Of a DNA stretch of 63,575 nt, positions 54,726 to 63,575 are shown in pieces. Under the pieces are notes generated by a model. It did no database searches and had not been told where the DNA came from. It worked only from the letters and a program-made list of their open reading frames with translations. Position numbers and translations under genes: made by a program. Origin of the DNA: an uncultured Pseudomonadota bacterium (lineage in GTDB: Bacteria > Pseudomonadota > Alphaproteobacteria > Rs-D84); assembly GCA_902787305.1 (NCBI GenBank), contig CADAFS010000005.1, forward strand, positions 1-63,575, written 5' to 3'. Each line of letters begins with the position of its first letter. Positions within the stretch are counted from its first letter, which is position 1.

Positions 54726-54745
54726 CTATCCACTAACCACTACTC
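54726..54745 (-). repeat. TAGTG-type array overlapping the MacB-permease stop
   Basis: Minus-sense gagTAGtggttagtggatag. Confidence 0.8.
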
Positions 54746-55957
54746 GTATCTCAAACTATCAATCGGATTTAGTTTTGCGGCCTTTATTGCGGGCATCACC
54801 CCGGATACCAGTCCGACAAAAATCGCAACCGAAATTGAAACAATAACCGGCCAAATGCTAAACGGCACATTATAGCCCAACACAAACCGCCCAACCCCCT
54901 GCGACAAACCGACGCCAAGTATCAAACCAAACATTGAACCAATAAACGAAATCATTATTGATTCGGACAAAAATTGCGTGATAATCGTGCTTTCTTGGGC
55001 ACCAATTGCCTTGCGAATCCCGATTTCGCGTGTGCGTTCCGCGACGGACACCAACATCATGTTCATAATTCCAATCGACCCAACCAAAAGTGACACCGCC
55101 GCAATCGCAACCAGCAATAATGTCAAATAACTGCTGACCGTGTTCATCGTTTCCATAACCTGTTTCATGTCGGTTATTTGAAAGTCATCCGGGGCATTAT
55201 CCTTTAATTTATGCCGTTCGCGCAAAAGTGCCGTTATTTGGTCCGTGGCGATATTATTATCAGAATCTTGGTAAAGTTTTAACGAAATCATCTGGACGGC
55301 GTTCGGAAACCGCGACCCCGCAAGCCGTTTTTTAAGTGTGGTAATCGGAATTATTACCATATCATCTTGGGACCCCATGCCCGCCGCCCCCTTGGCCTTG
55401 GTGACACCAATAACGGTCATTGGGGTATTACGCACACGAATAATTTCACCCACTGGATTTTTTGGCATACCCAATTCTTCGGCCGTTTCCGGTCCAATCA
55501 CCGCATATGTTGCGGCCGTTTTGACCGCATTCATTTCAAAGAACGCGCCGTATTCCATTTCTATGTTTTGCACGGTCGCATAACCCGGATACACACCGAC
55601 CATAGACGTGGACCAATTCTTATTTCCATATACAACCTGGGCACTGCTGTTTTCAACCGGACTTACCGCCGCAACATCGGGCAGGCGCGCAATAAAATCG
55701 ACATCGTCCAATGTAAGTGTCATACGATTACCACTGCGCACACCCGCGCTTTGCGCCGCCCCCGCGCGAATCATAATTGTGTTTGTCCCAAGTGATGAAA
55801 ATTGGTCGGTAATTGATTGCTGAACTGTTTCACCGACCGCAACCATAACCACCACCGCCATAATTCCGATAACTATCCCCAGCACCGTCAAAAAAGACCG
55901 CATTTTGTTCCCCGAAATCGACAACCAAGATTCATGTGCAATATCATAGAATGTCAT
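54740..55957 (-). CDS. MacB-type ABC transporter permease (FtsX-like)
   Basis: N-terminal TM, large periplasmic domain, three C-terminal TMs with the RTREIGIRKA.GA motif. Confidence 0.85.
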   Translation of the reverse strand: MTFYDIAHESWLSISGNKMRSFLTVLGIVIGIMAVVVMVAVGETVQQSITDQFSSLGTNTIMIRAGAAQSAGVRSGNRMTLTLDDVDFIARLPDVAAVSPVENSSAQVVYGNKNWSTSMVGVYPGYATVQNIEMEYGAFFEMNAVKTAATYAVIGPETAEELGMPKNPVGEIIRVRNTPMTVIGVTKAKGAAGMGSQDDMVIIPITTLKKRLAGSRFPNAVQMISLKLYQDSDNNIATDQITALLRERHKLKDNAPDDFQITDMKQVMETMNTVSSYLTLLLVAIAAVSLLVGSIGIMNMMLVSVAERTREIGIRKAIGAQESTIITQFLSESIMISFIGSMFGLILGVGLSQGVGRFVLGYNVPFSIWPVIVSISVAIFVGLVSGVMPAIKAAKLNPIDSLRYE

Positions 55958-56700
55958 TTTTTACGCGCCTTTTGTTCGGATTTAAGCAACACCGATTCAT
56001 TTTTCGGAATCGGCCCATCGTACGTTATATGCCCGTCATAGATATGAATCACACTACTTGCATAACTTGCAATTTCAAATTCGTGCGTAATCATGACAAT
56101 GGTTATTCCCAAATCATTATTTAATTTTTTGAAAAAACGCAAAATTTCATTTCCCATTTTGGAATCAAGTGCGCCCGTCGGTTCATCCGCGAGTATAATT
56201 TTGGGGTCGCCCGCCAATGCACGCGCAATCGCGACGCGCTGTTTCATACCGCCCGAAAGTTGCGTTGGCAAATATGTTTCAAAATTTACCAAATCAACAA
56301 GTTTTAACATTTCACGCGCGCGACTAATTCTTTCATGCATCGGCAACCCACGATACATCAGTGGCAACATTACATTGTCCAAGATGTTTCGCTTTGGCAA
56401 CAAATTAAAATTTTGAAAAACAAAGCCGATATATTCATTACGCACCTTGGCCAATTCATCGGGATAAAGTGTCGTTATATCTTTGCCATAAAGTTCATAT
56501 ACACCCGAAGACGGCGTGTCCAATGCGCCGATTATATTCATGCATGTTGACTTTCCACTGCCCGACGGTCCCATAATTGCAACAAATTCGCCCGGCATAA
56601 TGTCAAAGGTATTATCAAACAAGACCTGTTGTTCGCCCCCGATTTCAAGCGGAAAACTTTTACAGATTTTTTTCAGTGAAATAACCGGTGTTTTTTTCAT
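55954..56700 (-). CDS. ABC transporter ATP-binding protein (MacB/LolD-type)
   Basis: Walker A GPSGSGKST, signature LSGGMKQRVAIARA, Walker B ILADEPTGALD. Its stop overlaps the permease start (ATGA). Confidence 0.9.
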   Translation of the reverse strand: MKKTPVISLKKICKSFPLEIGGEQQVLFDNTFDIMPGEFVAIMGPSGSGKSTCMNIIGALDTPSSGVYELYGKDITTLYPDELAKVRNEYIGFVFQNFNLLPKRNILDNVMLPLMYRGLPMHERISRAREMLKLVDLVNFETYLPTQLSGGMKQRVAIARALAGDPKIILADEPTGALDSKMGNEILRFFKKLNNDLGITIVMITHEFEIASYASSVIHIYDGHITYDGPIPKNESVLLKSEQKARKK

Positions 56701-56709
56701 ACGCGTCCC

Positions 56710-57906
56710 TTACATTGGTCGTCCACCGCCCGGCGCACCACCCATCATGCCACCACGATTATTACCGGTCCGACTGGTACTTGATTTTTTCTGCTGTCCC
56801 ATGTATCCGATTATAACTTTGTCGCCCTCTTCTATTTCATCAGATATAATTTGTGTTTCGGTTGCGGTCACCAAACCCTTAGCATACGGGACCAAGACAA
56901 CATTTGACCCACGTTTAATCGCCAAATGATTCGCCGGCGTAACATTTTCATCCGTGACTTCCACAATACCATCGAAACTGCGCAACAAAAGTGCGGAATT
57001 TTGCACTTTCCACGTATCACGCGCCGCATTCACAATAATCGTCACAAACGCCGTCATTCCGGGCATAAGACGCAAATCAGAATTATCAACATCAATAACA
57101 ACCGTATAAACCACAACATTTGATGTCGTTGTTGGCGAAAGTCGAACCTGGCGTACGAAACCGTTAAATGTTTGTCCCGAATACGCATCAACCGTAAAGT
57201 TCACATTTTGTCCCTGTTTGATAACACCAATGTCGGCTTCGGATACCGATGTTTCAATTTGCATTTTTGTTAAATCTTCGGCAATTTCGAATAAATCTGG
57301 CGTTTGGAAAGATGCCGCAACCGTTTGCCCTTTATCCACCTTGCGCGAAATAACCGTACCGTCAACCGGCGACACAATCGTTGCATACGAAAGGTTCGTC
57401 ACCGCCCTATCATATTGGGATTGCATACGCTTGACCGATTGTAATGCTTGTTCATATGTGGATTGCGATTGTTCCATTTCCGCACGCGCAATATACCCGG
57501 AATCATACAGTGATTTATTGCGATTATAATTGCTTTCCGCCAAATTCAATTGCGATTTTGCAGATTCCAGTGATGCTTCGGCTTCGTCCACCGATGCCTT
57601 TAACACCGACGGTTCAATTTCCAAAAGTTTATCCCCTTGTTTTACCACGGAATTATAGTCAACAAAAATTTCCGAAATTGTCCCCGAAACTTGCGACCCC
57701 ACATTGACCGTATTTACCGGTTGAATTTCGCCAGTTGCCGTCACGGTTTGCGACAAATTACCACGCATAATATCCATTGTCACAAAATCTTTCTTGGCAA
57801 CCTTGGCCGCCGTTCCAAAAAACGCATAAAGCATAACAAGCGTCACCGCACCCGCAATACACCACCATTTGTGCCGCCGCACCCAATTTCTTCTATTTTT
57901 ATTCAT
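56710..57906 (-). CDS. periplasmic adaptor (HlyD/MacA membrane-fusion family)
   Basis: N-terminal TM, lipoyl-hairpin-lipoyl architecture, barrel domains, Gly-rich C-terminus. Confidence 0.85.
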   Translation of the reverse strand: MNKNRRNWVRRHKWWCIAGAVTLVMLYAFFGTAAKVAKKDFVTMDIMRGNLSQTVTATGEIQPVNTVNVGSQVSGTISEIFVDYNSVVKQGDKLLEIEPSVLKASVDEAEASLESAKSQLNLAESNYNRNKSLYDSGYIARAEMEQSQSTYEQALQSVKRMQSQYDRAVTNLSYATIVSPVDGTVISRKVDKGQTVAASFQTPDLFEIAEDLTKMQIETSVSEADIGVIKQGQNVNFTVDAYSGQTFNGFVRQVRLSPTTTSNVVVYTVVIDVDNSDLRLMPGMTAFVTIIVNAARDTWKVQNSALLLRSFDGIVEVTDENVTPANHLAIKRGSNVVLVPYAKGLVTATETQIISDEIEEGDKVIIGYMGQQKKSSTSRTGNNRGGMMGGAPGGGRPM

Positions 57907-59242
57907 CTTTGTTTCCTTCTAGTTCAGATTTCAAATCGCCGATGGCCAACGCCACCGCCGCCCGTTTAATAAACAAATCATATTTTGCCGCGTTGTTTTG
58001 CCTTTGCGCCGACACCAGTTCTGATTGCGCCGTTTGCCAATCAAGCATCGTTGCGCGTCCAACCTTGTACATACCACTTGTCACCTTTTCTGATTCAGTC
58101 GCGGACTTTAACAACGCTTTGGTTTGTTCCAAAACCGTTTGCGCGGTTTTATAGTTATTGTATGCGGTAAAAACATCCAATTCCGCGGCATTCGCCGTTT
58201 GTTGCTCATTATACTTGGCGCGGTCATAATCTGCCTCGGCCGCGCGCAGGCCATACATATTCGCAAACCCTGCAAAAATCGGCATTGATGCGCGAATACC
58301 AATCGAACCATTTATTTTATTTGAATTCGGACTAAACACATCACCCAAACTATCATCACCCCAAGACACGGAACCCGATGCCGAAATCGATGGCAAATTC
58401 CGCAAAAACGCCGAATTCCGTTTATGCCACGCGGCATCCTTATTCGCCGATGCCTTTAACAAATCGGGGCGTTTTTCACGCGCGACTTTTAACAGTTCAT
58501 CGATACTTTCATTTTCCGCCTCTGTCCCAAAACTTGATGACATATCCGCAATTGTTATATCGCCGTCCGCTGGAAACGAAAGTTTGGTAAGCAACGTTCC
58601 CTTGGTAATTTCACGATTATTCTTTGAACGTTCCAATGACAATTTTGCACTGGCAAGTGTGGTTTCCGCCTTTAACACATCCGCACGCGCAACAGCGCCG
58701 GCCTTGAACTTTTTATTCGCCGTGTCATACGCGGTCTGTGCCACCGTCAGGGCGGACCGCGCCGATTCCACGTCCGCGTCCGCATTTAATAATTCATAGT
58801 AAGAACCAACCAAACCATAAACAAAATTTTGCACGGTCGAACTAAAATCGAATCCGGCGGCGCGATACGTGGCAATCATTTGATTCATATCCGCCGTCCT
58901 TTTTCCAAAATCAAATATCAAATAAGACGCGGAAATCGACGCACCATAACCCCAATCGTAATTCGGATGTAATGTATCGGAACTTTGTGCAAAATTCTTA
59001 CTTGCATTAACGCCGGCACTAACACTTGGCAAATAATTGGCATACCCGGCATTTTTATTAAAATGACTTGCCCGCAACGATGCATACGCCGCCGCCGTTT
59101 GCGGATTCCGACAAAGCCCAAGTTTTATAACATCTTGCAATGATTGAACACCGTCCGACACATCGCGACGCGTGGCACAATCATCATCCGCCATCGCCAG
59201 CACCGGCAAAATCAGCATAATTGCGAAAAAAATCCCCTTCAT
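57899..59242 (-). CDS. TolC-family outer-membrane efflux protein
   Basis: Signal peptide and two-fold repeat of Ala/Leu-rich helical segments typical of OEP. AGGAGAG RBS. Confidence 0.8.
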   Translation of the reverse strand: MKGIFFAIMLILPVLAMADDDCATRRDVSDGVQSLQDVIKLGLCRNPQTAAAYASLRASHFNKNAGYANYLPSVSAGVNASKNFAQSSDTLHPNYDWGYGASISASYLIFDFGKRTADMNQMIATYRAAGFDFSSTVQNFVYGLVGSYYELLNADADVESARSALTVAQTAYDTANKKFKAGAVARADVLKAETTLASAKLSLERSKNNREITKGTLLTKLSFPADGDITIADMSSSFGTEAENESIDELLKVAREKRPDLLKASANKDAAWHKRNSAFLRNLPSISASGSVSWGDDSLGDVFSPNSNKINGSIGIRASMPIFAGFANMYGLRAAEADYDRAKYNEQQTANAAELDVFTAYNNYKTAQTVLEQTKALLKSATESEKVTSGMYKVGRATMLDWQTAQSELVSAQRQNNAAKYDLFIKRAAVALAIGDLKSELEGNKDE

Positions 59243-59328
59243 TCAAATCTCTCCTGATGATACATTATACCGAAAAAAATCCTAAAAATCATTATTTTTA
59301 TAAAGATTTAAAATTTTTTTATAACCAC

Positions 59329-59357
59329 TTGACAATTCGTTTGTTTTGTATTATATT
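59329..59357 (+). promoter_or_regulatory. sigma70-like promoter for the 59391 CDS
   Basis: TTGACA-17 bp-TATATT. Confidence 0.55.
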
Positions 59358-59390
59358 ATAAACAACCTAATAACAAAAGGAGCAAAAAAA

Positions 59391-59825
59391 ATGGAAAAAG
59401 CTAAAACGCAATTCAACAACAGACAATTTTGGGCATTCTTAGGACGTTTTTGTGGATATCAAACAGCGTTTATCATGGTCATGTATGTGATGTGGATCTG
59501 TGGTCTCAAAGGTCAAACCACAGAAAAAGGCATAAATCTTTTTGAAACCGCCGTATCATTACCTGATCGCAATCGTGTTGAAAAGGCGGAGGCCGGGAAA
59601 GGCTCCCTGGCCCAGGCTTACTTGGCGCCATTACGGGAAACATATAATTTTGGTAACATACTTGATAACGATGCATACAAAGATGTTATCAATGAATTGG
59701 ATTATAGGGTGCCAAGGGCCTATGCGGGATTGATAATCAGCTTTTTTGCCGCCATGCATGCATGGAAAAAGACCAAGCAAGCATCCGCACAATTGAATAA
59801 AAACACAAAACAACAATCCAAATAA
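59391..59825 (+). CDS. hypothetical membrane protein
   Basis: AAAGGAG RBS and two hydrophobic segments. No family recognised. Confidence 0.45.
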   Translation: MEKAKTQFNNRQFWAFLGRFCGYQTAFIMVMYVMWICGLKGQTTEKGINLFETAVSLPDRNRVEKAEAGKGSLAQAYLAPLRETYNFGNILDNDAYKDVINELDYRVPRAYAGLIISFFAAMHAWKKTKQASAQLNKNTKQQSK

Positions 59826-59829
59826 TTCA

Positions 59830-59860
59830 AAAACCGAAACATTTGTTTCGGTTTTTTTTA
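59830..59860 (+). terminator. rho-independent terminator
   Basis: aaaccgaaac-attt-gtttcggttt followed by a T-run. Confidence 0.8.
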
Positions 59861-59896
59861 TTGCCTTGGTGCGGGTATTTTTATTAAACTAAAAAC

Positions 59897-60835
59897 ATGG
59901 AAAGGATTATATGGCTCTTTATCGCGCCCTGCTTTGCCCTATGTGCCACGGTTGCCACGGCCGCCGTGCGAAAGCCCGCAATGTATATTGACCCGAACGC
60001 ATACGCGTATATGTACCCGTATATGAATAATCAAATGCGTACCGATTTGAACCCGGGGACCAGTGTTCTAATGACAAACAACCCAATTGATGTCGTTGTT
60101 AAGACAAAACGCGCATCCGAACCACGTCGCGTTGTTCCACGCCCGGCGCCCGGTGCAACCACGGCCCGCGCCGCAACGGGCGTGAACGCGCCAACCCAAA
60201 ATTCAACCCGTCGTGTTGTCGCACGCGCTGCAACAAACCAAAACACCGCTCCTAAAAACACACGTCGTGTCACACCACGCGCCGCGCGGGAAAATGCACG
60301 CGTCACCGCCGACACAACCGAAACGGTGACCATCACATATGATGTTCCAACAACGCGTTGCCTTGCGGGTTATACTGAATGCATGGATAATTACTGTGCC
60401 CGCGAAAACACGGCATATAATCGTTGTTATTGCAGTGCACGCCTTACACAAATTGATTCTAAATACCAAGACGAAATCAACGACATGACATTGCAAATAA
60501 TTCGCCTGCGTGGCGGGGGCCAGTGGACAGACGCGGAAATGAACGAATACTGGATGGAACGCGTGGGCAGGTACGTCGGCGAAAATTCATGGATGCGACT
60601 TGAAAACGCAATCGACATTGATTGGCCAACGCCCGAAGAACGAATTCAGGGTCAAAATGTTTTCCTTACCGGCCACGAATACTGTGTCGCGCACCTGCGC
60701 AATTGTGCATCGATGGCATCAAACATGCGCGATGCATACCGTTCGCGTATATCACGCGACTGTGATGCATATGAACAAAATATGCAACGCATCCATGACG
60801 CCGCCGCCGCAATGATTGAATATTATAGTGAATAA
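59897..60835 (+). CDS. secreted protein, short paralogue of 25990..28719
   Basis: Signal peptide ending ATAA, an Arg/Ala/Thr-rich stretch (RRVVARAATNQNTAPKNTRRVTPRAA), then C..GY.ECMD.YC......Y.RC.CS.R. Confidence 0.6.
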   Translation: MERIIWLFIAPCFALCATVATAAVRKPAMYIDPNAYAYMYPYMNNQMRTDLNPGTSVLMTNNPIDVVVKTKRASEPRRVVPRPAPGATTARAATGVNAPTQNSTRRVVARAATNQNTAPKNTRRVTPRAARENARVTADTTETVTITYDVPTTRCLAGYTECMDNYCARENTAYNRCYCSARLTQIDSKYQDEINDMTLQIIRLRGGGQWTDAEMNEYWMERVGRYVGENSWMRLENAIDIDWPTPEERIQGQNVFLTGHEYCVAHLRNCASMASNMRDAYRSRISRDCDAYEQNMQRIHDAAAAMIEYYSE

Positions 60836-60838
60836 ACC

Positions 60839-61042
60839 TTATTTTCCCCGCATTGATTCACAAATCAAATTATGTCGGTATATATTTCGTGCCAAATCAT
60901 CACTTATCGTATCCCAATCGGCCGCGCGCCCATATATAAATTCGCACGGGCACACATCCGCCGCCGATTTATTCCGCAATGGTATATTTCCGTCGCAAGA
61001 TGTCACGAATATCGCGCACACCGGTATGAACAGTTTTTTCAT
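60839..61042 (-). CDS. small putative lipoprotein
   Basis: AAGGGGGG RBS and lipobox IFVTSC. 67 aa. Confidence 0.4.
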   Translation of the reverse strand: MKKLFIPVCAIFVTSCDGNIPLRNKSAADVCPCEFIYGRAADWDTISDDLARNIYRHNLICESMRGK

Positions 61043-61193
61043 TTGCCCCCCTTACCATATTTACATTGTTTATAATTTCACCCGTTTGTGCATTTGCACC
61101 ACGGACCGCGCATTTTTCACGCGCAATTCGCGCGCCAAAGAAATATGCGCCAAAAACCATCGCACAAACGGCGATTATTAAATACTTTTGCAT
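60969..61193 (-). CDS. small putative membrane protein (overlaps 60839..61042 by 74 nt)
   Basis: N-terminal hydrophobic helix and a weak RBS. May be spurious or frameshift-related. Confidence 0.3.
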   Translation of the reverse strand: MQKYLIIAVCAMVFGAYFFGARIAREKCAVRGANAQTGEIINNVNMVRGANEKTVHTGVRDIRDILRRKYTIAE

Positions 61194-61205
61194 TTTTGTT
61201 TTTCC

Positions 61206-61233
61206 CTAAAAAGAAACGCACCAAATGGTGCGC
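61206..61233 (-). terminator. rho-independent terminator after rho
   Basis: Minus-sense cgcacca-ttt-ggtgcg followed by tttcttttt. Confidence 0.7.
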
Positions 61234-61238
61234 ATCTA

Positions 61239-62507
61239 TTACTGATTCATGGAATTAAAGAAATCATCATTCGTCTTGGTAAGTCGTAATTTATCAAGCA
61301 AGAATTCCATCGCCTCCAGCGTTCCCATCGGATTGATAATTCGGCGCAACACATACATTTTTGATAGCAAATCCTTGCCCACCAGCAAATCTTCCTTGCG
61401 CGTGCCGGACTTGGTAATATCAATTGCTGGATAAACGCGTTTATCGGAAAGTTTCCGGTCAAGTATGATTTCACTATTACCCGTCCCTTTGAATTCTTCA
61501 AAAATAACTTCGTCCATCTTGGAACCCGTATCGACAAGTGCGGTTGCAATAATCGTCAAACTGCCCCCGCCTTCGATATTGCGCGCGGCACCAAAGAATC
61601 GCTTTGGCCGTTGCAGCGCATACGCATCAACACCACCGGTTAAAACCTTGCCACTGGACGGAACAAAGGTATTATACGCACGCCCCAAACGCGTGATGGA
61701 ATCGAGCAAAATCACAACATCTTGACCCGCTTCGACCAAACGTTTTGCCTTTTCGATAACCATTTCTGCAACCTGAATATGCCGTGTTGCCGGTTCATCG
61801 AATGTCGAAGATATAACTTCGCCCTTGACACTGCGTTGCATATCGGTCACTTCTTCGGGCCGTTCATCAATAAGCAACACAATCAATTTAACCTCTGGAT
61901 AATTGGTTGCGATGGAATGTGCGATATTTTGCAACATAACGGTTTTACCGGTGCGCGGTGGCGCCACAATAAGCGAACGTTGCCCACGCCCCGTCGGCGA
62001 TATAAGGTCAATAACACGCGCGGACAAATTGCGTCCCTTGTCCGTGTCACCTATAACCTCCATCTTTAATTGTTCATCGGGGTAAAGCGGGGTCATATCA
62101 TCAAAAGAAACGCGATGCCGCAATTTTTCCGGGTCATCACCATTTACGCGTTCAATTGTTTCCAACGCAAAATACCGTTCAGATTCATTTTGTGGCGCCT
62201 GAATTTGCCCTTCGACATAATCGCCGGTTTTCAATCCGTACTTTTTGATTAAATTCGGCGACACATACAAATCGTCCGGCCCGGCCAGGTAATTACTTTC
62301 CGGCGCGCGCAGGAAACCAAAACCATCCTGCAACCGTTCAAGAACGCCGTCACCAATAAGTGTTATTTTTTTATCCGCCGCAAATCCGCGCATAACCGCA
62401 AAACGCAATTGTTGCACATTTAATTGCGACGCTTCTTCGATGCCCATATCTTCCGCCATTTTCAACAACTGTTGTGGCGACTTGGCCTTTATTTCATTTA
62501 TATGCAT
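61239..62507 (-). CDS. rho: transcription termination factor Rho
   Basis: N-terminal MHINEIK...L..MA, an RNA-binding OB region (GFGFLR), Walker A (PPRTGKT), and Q/R loops. ATG at 62507. Confidence 0.95.
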   Translation of the reverse strand: MHINEIKAKSPQQLLKMAEDMGIEEASQLNVQQLRFAVMRGFAADKKITLIGDGVLERLQDGFGFLRAPESNYLAGPDDLYVSPNLIKKYGLKTGDYVEGQIQAPQNESERYFALETIERVNGDDPEKLRHRVSFDDMTPLYPDEQLKMEVIGDTDKGRNLSARVIDLISPTGRGQRSLIVAPPRTGKTVMLQNIAHSIATNYPEVKLIVLLIDERPEEVTDMQRSVKGEVISSTFDEPATRHIQVAEMVIEKAKRLVEAGQDVVILLDSITRLGRAYNTFVPSSGKVLTGGVDAYALQRPKRFFGAARNIEGGGSLTIIATALVDTGSKMDEVIFEEFKGTGNSEIILDRKLSDKRVYPAIDITKSGTRKEDLLVGKDLLSKMYVLRRIINPMGTLEAMEFLLDKLRLTKTNDDFFNSMNQ

Positions 62508-62569
62508 TAAAAAGTCCTTTGTTTGGAAAATTTGTGACACAGAACGCGCCACAACCTACTTCGGCACCC

Positions 62570-62598
62570 ATTATTACACATTTTTATCAAAAAGTCAA
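62570..62598 (-). promoter_or_regulatory. sigma70-like promoter of rho
   Basis: Minus-sense TTGACT-16 bp-TAATAAT, about 60 nt upstream of the ATG. Confidence 0.5.
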
Positions 62599-62916
62599 GC
62601 ATTAACAGAAAAACATTGACAAAAATTTTAACAAGAACCGACGTGCCATATTTTTTACAAATCTTAGGAAAATTTTTAGGTTTCACAAGATAATAGAACC
62701 AGCACTAATCTGCGTCCTGTTTATGTAAAGATTTTTCATGATCAAATCATACAATTACTTGTATAATTTGCTATCTAATCTATGCATGACCCAGAAAAAA
62801 GCACTATCCGCCGACGTGACCGGGCAATTGGGCAATTTTGGGTTTAATATTGTTCCATTTAATGGTCGTGGCCAACGGTAATTTGGGCGCCACACAATAA
62901 ACGAACACTATTATTT

Positions 62917-62948
62917 AAAAAATCGGCATTATGCCGATTTTTTTTACC
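62917..62948. terminator. hairpin terminator in the rho / phage-like gene spacer
   Basis: aaaaaatcggcat-t-atgccgatttttttt. Confidence 0.7.
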
Positions 62949-63034
62949 CCCCTATTTATTATATTTTATGCACAATTAACGGATAAAAACCAATCGGCAT
63001 AATTACACAGCCCAAAAATCTTTACTTATTTCCA

Positions 63035-63575
63035 TCAATAGTATGGTTCGTATGCCGTGGCGGTTGAACCTTGTTCAAGTTGCCAATTAAACCGTGAGAA
63101 GGCATCTTGTATACTAACAGATGAAGTATCAAGCGGGTTGCTTCTTACTTGTAAATAATGACAATTGCTCGGCGTTGTGCCAGTTGTAGGTCGTGATGTT
63201 TCATACGGTGAAGCACCTAAGTAATTTTTAGCACTATCAAAAAAGTATATTGTATTATACTTTGAATATGTGCCATCTGTCTTATTCGTACCCGCAAAGG
63301 TGTAAGTCGTGTTTGGCAAACAAGGAATATAACCGTCATCAGAGGACATAAAATTTAAAGCGCTTTGCTCTTTATCCCCTGTGGTTCTATTCCTATAATA
63401 ACCAAACAACACTTTTGTTGGGTCAAACAAATTCCTACTTGGCTTGTGATACGCTGTTTGGTCGACGATAGTCCAAAGGGTGCAGGCTGGGCTGTTCGCG
63501 CATTCAAGTTTTGTTGTTGGGGTTGTTGGTAAATTCGTAAATGTCGCATTTAACGCCGACGCGGTAATAAGTTTA
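63035..63575 (-). CDS. phage tail-fibre-like protein, 5'-partial (continues beyond window)
   Basis: I translated the frame upstream of the TTG at 63430 and it stays open to position 63575. The C-terminal ...WQLEQGSTATAYEPYY resembles tail-fibre/receptor-binding protein ends. AT-rich. Confidence 0.5.
   Translation of the reverse strand, partial: KLITASALNATFTNLPTTPTTKLECANSPACTLWTIVDQTAYHKPSRNLFDPTKVLFGYYRNRTTGDKEQSALNFMSSDDGYIPCLPNTTYTFAGTNKTDGTYSKYNTIYFFDSAKNYLGASPYETSRPTTGTTPSNCHYLQVRSNPLDTSSVSIQDAFSRFNWQLEQGSTATAYEPYY

Noticed and set aside
1-63575. UGA reassignment (genetic code 4 or 25), suggested by the rarity of TGA stops and by the TAG/TAA-only backup arrays.
   Set aside because: All long conserved genes (leuS, argS, rho, ruvB and others) are intact under the standard code, with no in-frame TGA. 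TGA clearly terminates genes in ATGA overlaps (7465, 45375, 55954). By my hand count only about 5 of about 64 stops are TGA, which is a usage bias and not evidence of recoding.

Overview
The window looks like a chromosomal segment from an alphaproteobacterium, since it encodes the GcrA cell-cycle regulator. The housekeeping backbone includes acpS, gcrA, ybgC-tolQRA, ruvB, argS, lpxA-lpxB, rpiB, leuS, rplM-rpsI, tig, hisS-prfA, tatD, tcdA, sodC, rho, a macAB-tolC-type efflux operon and an OmpR/EnvZ-type two-component pair. There are six tRNA genes. Between the backbone genes sit many orphan genes for signal-peptide, Cys-rich or membrane proteins, and an unusually rich set of short intergenic repeats.

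Main observations:
1. Arrays of stop-codon-rich GTTAGTG / GTAAGTG-type units always point away from the adjacent gene and often contain its stop codon.
2. A Hin-like serine invertase gene lies next to two hix-like palindromes 107 bp apart, directly upstream of a YadA-type trimeric autotransporter adhesin.
3. A GIY-YIG ORF is nested between a complete tRNA-Pro(GGG) and a 58-nt 5' partial copy of it.
4. An AT-rich islet at about 49.6-53.6 kb ends at tRNA-Pro(TGG). It carries tRNA-Pro 3' fragments, 119-bp direct repeats and five orphan genes, but no integrase.
5. Two secreted proteins are paralogous: each has an Arg/Ala/Thr-rich region followed by a shared Cys motif.

I saw no CRISPR array, rRNA, cas genes or known defence genes. 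All functional calls come from motif recognition by eye. GC content, identities and homology were not computed.
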